Assembly: GCA_024626585.2 (NCBI GenBank)
Contig: JANKJI020000002.1
Span: 22,221,103-22,246,809, forward strand
Direction of reading: 5' to 3'
DNA: 25,707 nt
From: Ginkgo biloba
Taxonomy: Eukaryota > Plantae > Ginkgophyta
The translations under genes were made by a program, and so were the position numbers. The first letter of the stretch is position 1. Every line of letters begins with the position of its first letter. The notes beneath the pieces were generated by a model. The model made no database searches. It was given only the letters and a program-made list of their open reading frames with translations, and was not told where the DNA came from. This document shows positions 21,474 to 25,707 of this stretch, piece by piece.

Positions 21474-22467
21474 TTATCAAGTCTAAGTGTAATTTATAGT
21501 ATGACCTTATTTCAAATGTTNNNNNNNNNNNNNNNNNNNNNNNNNNNNNNNNNNNNNNNNNNNNNNNNNNNNNNNNNNNNNNNNNNNNNNNNNNNNNNNN
21601 NNNNNNNNNNNNNNNNNNNNCACATAACAAAAGAAAGTAGTTTAATGTCAAATATATTATGAATCCTTTTCTCAAATGATTTTTCCAGTCTAGACCTATA
21701 GTGAACTTGAGTCTGAAGAATGATATCAAAACAATCCAAACTTTATATTATAAATCAAATTAACACAGCAAATGATATATATTACTGTATGGGACTATTA
21801 ACATAGCCCTAAAAGGAGACACCATCTCACAAAAGTGTAAAGCAGTTAACTGATTTCATCCAAAGTGAAATGCAGAGAAGGAAAAATAAGATTTCAAGTA
21901 CAGCAAAAGGCACACAGATTCCTTGCAAGTCTTCTAATCTCAATTTTGGCAACCAATATAAAACCGAGATTTCCTTCTTTACCTGCAGCCTCTGCATTTA
22001 TCATCCATGTCTCTACACATAATTGAAATGGATATTCAAAATGGTATGTGAAACCAGTCACAAAAACCATACGATATGCAGTCAACTGCAAACTGGAACA
22101 AACCATTAATTTCTTCATTGTGTGAGAACCAGATTACGAACAAAAATGAAATACAGGGATATACTTAGATGTGCGATGCAATCATAGCATTCAATCACTT
22201 TATTGATGTAATCTTATCTACCAAGTCGTTAGTGACAGCTTTGGCTTGAATTGGTTCCAATTAAAAAGGAGGTGCACAAGGTTATAAGGCCCATTGTTAA
22301 CTGCCTTGTTACATATGGGTGAAAGGTGGTATTCCTTTTCAATTTCCATTATGACAAAATTTGAGCTCACAAAGTTTTGAGTTTTCAATTATTATAAACG
22401 GATCGTTTTTTATTGTGACCCCATTTCTTTTCACATTAGGTTCCTCCCCATTTAAATATACTTGCCA

Positions 22468-23325
22468 ATGAAAGGTAGCACCCAACTGGAAATAAGTGTG
22501 AGAGAATCAAGGCTCACTAAGCTTTCCAAAAGAAGTCCACCTTACCATGTTAGGACAAGGTGTCACCTCTGTCATCCACCAGATCACACTACAAGTGGAA
22601 GACCACCTACTCACGTAGCAAGTGGATCTCAATGGCAGCCATAACTCCCATCAAATCACACAGCAATTGGGAAATCATCAAATCACACAATAGGTGGATT
22701 TCAATCCTATTTCAACCCTTGATCACACAACTTAGTTTTTCAAGCCCATCAAATCACCATCGGCATGCAATTACATTCAATAGCCATTAATATACTCAAT
22801 ATTGATCATGGCTGGTCTCACGCATGCATACATCAAATCATTTAAATACACAAGGGCTCTATGCTTTTAATCATGAAATTCATCCCCTATAATCAATAGA
22901 AACTCTAATATACAATGAACATTAATCGCAACCACACATATAGATTAGCCTAAGATCCCAAGTAAATTTAGGTAGGTTAGTTAGTTCTAAGCACTCATAA
23001 CATAATACATACAAACAGCTTGATTATTAGGCCTTTGACACTTCCCTAAGGCTTAAATGCATGTTTGCTAGCAAAAATGCCCTGAATCAACAACTTTCAT
23101 TCAATATTCCAGCCAATTTCTATTGACATTGGATTCCTCTTGATGCAAATACCTCTAACAATGCAAAATACCACCCAAAAGTGCAAATGTGTAAGCATCA
23201 AGGATAATCACTAAGCCTTCTAGTGAAAGGCCACCTTATTAAGTCCAGGTGCCACCCCTCTTGTCCACCATATCACACAATAAACAAACAACTATGTGAA
23301 CCATCACTAGGTGGATTTTAATATG
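22468..23325. repeat. Diverged direct repeat (about 22468-22705 and 23160-23325), likely LTR-derived
   Basis: Collinear blocks in both copies: CACCCAA, ATCAAGG, TCACTAAGC, CCACCTTA, AGGTG.CACC, TCCACCA.ATCACAC and TAGGTGGATTT.AAT. Confidence 0.75.
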
Positions 23326-23444
23326 AGCGACACCACCCACAAAATGACAAAACAAGTGGGCAACCATACGCGGGTTTCAATCATACAATCATACAACCCA
23401 AAATATGCAAGCCTATTGGATTACTGTCAACACATAAATACATT

Positions 23445-23720
23445 TAAAAGTCAGTTGATGTCATAATTTGTACCTTAAGTCAGTCGAGGATGTTGACCTG
23501 CATTTGACCACATCATAAATGCACTTAAAATCGACTGACATCATCCTTAATGATCCATACTCTATTTAAGTTGGCTATCAACGTTGACCAGTGTTGACTG
23601 CATGATAAATGCTTCCTAAAGTTGATTGACATCAGCATTGATTGCGGCTATACTTCCATAGCATTAAATGCGACTGTCTGTAAACCTTTGACTAGGTTTG
23701 ACCATGACGTTGACTACATT
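23445..23720. repeat. GTYGAC-rich repeat cluster with about 90-bp period
   Basis: CATCATAAATGCACTTAAAATCGACTGACATCA (23511) vs CATGATAAATGCTTCCTAAAGTTGATTGACATCA (23601), plus many TTGAC/TCGAC motifs. Confidence 0.75.
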
Positions 23721-24699
23721 TGATTGGTGAGACAATTCCACATAGGCCCATGACCTCTACATGATGAATACTATCAAGGAGAATAATTATTACAAATAGG
23801 AATTGCAAATAACAAGCATATCCAATGCTTACATAGGTAGAGATTGAAGTAGCTAGTGGGTATATATTAAACGAAGTCATAATCCATAAGAGAATCCACT
23901 ATCCATAGGATGTGGAGTACATAGTCCTAAGACTATTTGGGATAAGTTTAAGATATCCAAAAAATTAAAAATAGTTGTAGACCAATTCTACCCAAAATCT
24001 CTCATGTTATTTTGTATTTTTTTATTTGAATCTTGAGATCATGTTCTTGCATTTAATATCAAAGTAGGCAGGCCAACAGGTGATGATCTTCACCAATCAA
24101 ATATAATCCTACATTAGGAATCAAAGAGAATTGTGTATTTGTTGGAGAATAACATTGATTGAGTACATACATTATCATAGGTCATGGAGAAAGGCCATGG
24201 ATTGAAGACACATAAGTGGACATAAGACGTAGTTGGAAACTCTTGTAGAAATTTAGGATATGTTCTTCATACCCTAATGTTAGATCTTTGTGGCTCCCTT
24301 ATTGTGCATATAGGTTAGATGCTCTCAATAATAGCAATAATAACAAATGAATAATCAATCGTAAACATGAGCATATATAAATCACAATCATCCACAATAG
24401 ACAATGACATAAGATATATANNNNNNNNNNNNNNNNNNNNNNNNNNNNNNNNNNNNNNNNNNNNNNNNNNNNNNNNNNNNNNNNNNNNNNNNNNNNNNNN
24501 NNNNNNNNNNNNNNNNNNNNAATCTTACTAAATGTAACCAAGGAATCTTCTCATATAAAAGAGACTTGGATTATATTATCACATAACACTTTGTATTCTT
24601 GAGATTGTATTCTTGCACTTTAAAATTAAGAGAGATTTATATTTTTTCAATGTCTTGTGAATGGTTTGTCTTTCATCTTTCTTGAATTTTGATTTGATT

Positions 24700-25151
24700 G
24701 TGATAGATATTTGAGTTCCAAATCCCCATAAGTGTATAGAATATCACTTAGGATATTATTATAGGTGATTTGGTAGGTTCATGGGAAAGGTATGGATCAT
24801 TTTCTTGAATTCCATGCAAGGATGCATTGTTCCAAAAGTATTATCTTCTTTTTTGGGTCCTATGGAGATTACTATGATTTTGTGCACTACACAATGTTTT
24901 CGTACATACTAGAAGCATACACTGATATGGTATCATCTAAGGGAGTGCACATTTCCATGATATTTGACTGTAACATACATGTTTCCATGATACCATAGGA
25001 ATTGACTATATAAAGAGAAGAAGAGACTGTCCAACTTGGTAGAGAGATAATTTTTCTAGTGTATTAGAGAGTATATAAATTTTAGATCAGATTAATCCCT
25101 TTCATTTCAATCATACACTTCTACATACCTTTTGAAATCCTCCTATTACCA
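24700..25151 (+). mobile_element. LTR-like sequence
   Basis: Repeated TTTCCATGATA motifs, CTATATAAAG near 25005, and an end ..ATTACCA (25151) followed by AGTGGT. The left boundary is approximate. Confidence 0.4.
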
Positions 25152-25154
25152 AGT

Positions 25155-25707
25155 GGTCACATCACAAAGTCTATTAATTGAACATAAATAAGGTTTATAT
25201 ATCTAACGATGTAATTTTATATGAAGGAGATGGACTCAAATAAGTAGATCTAGGTCAATTCTAACTCATAATGGATAAATGGAAGAAAATTGAAGATCAA
25301 ATAAAATAAAGTTCTTGAAGTGAAGCTCATGAATCAGAGTCTGACCCAATCAACTTTATGATAAATGAGGACCTCTTTTATGTTGGTGAGGAGGAGGTTG
25401 AGGAAAAATAGGTAGAACCTCCCCAAGAGCCAAAGAAAATGAATAAGTAGGGTGCACCTACTTGGATTATAAAAACCATTGTAGATGCCAAGTTATCCAA
25501 GATAGAAGGAAAGAGGAATTCTAAGATGAGGCCAACTCCATAGGTAATTTTTTCTCTGATGGAGTTTTTAATTCAGATGATCCTGCCACTTATGAGGCTA
25601 TGAGTAAAGAGAAAAATTGATTTAGGCCATGCATGTTGAAATGAAAGAAATGAGAAAGAATTAGAATTTAAACTTAGTCAAATTTCTATATGGGAAGTAG
25701 ACAACAA
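25155..25707 (+). mobile_element. Degenerate Ty1/copia fragment (integrase C-terminus to RT N-terminus), runs off the window
   Basis: HKVY*L and NKVYISNDVILYE (the SRDV.FDE motif), an acidic linker, DDPATYEA, and AMHVEMKEMRKN*NLNLV..GK (AM..EM.SI.KN.TW.LV.LP.GK). Confidence 0.85.

Noticed and set aside
1068-24541. ORFs containing X runs
   Set aside because: Artefacts of translating through N gaps.

Overview
Eukaryotic, very AT-rich and CpG-depleted draft-assembly DNA with many N gaps. It reads as intergenic or intronic DNA of a large-genome seed plant; a gymnosperm is an inference from the retroelement types and the heavy C>T/G>A decay. No intact protein-coding gene is recognisable. Well supported: (i) a decayed Ty1/copia element on the minus strand (integrase-RT-RNase H-PPT, about 4.9-7.6 kb); (ii) a three-exon pseudogene fragment of an ERD6-like MFS sugar transporter (11913-12827, +), which the ORF track misses; (iii) a decayed Ty3/gypsy pol fragment (13.66-14.9 kb, +); (iv) another copia fragment at the right end; (v) a deaminated tRNA-Asp PBS with an adjoining LTR near 17.1 kb. 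Less certain: short Helitron-like elements, tRNA-SINE-like heads, several diverged tandem duplications, a 96-nt near-perfect hairpin at 16.05 kb, and an unexplained CpG-rich island at about 19.0-19.96 kb. I found no convincing evidence of a new multi-gene system. The CpG island and the hairpin are the best candidates for unannotated function. All alignments were done by eye; no database searches were run.
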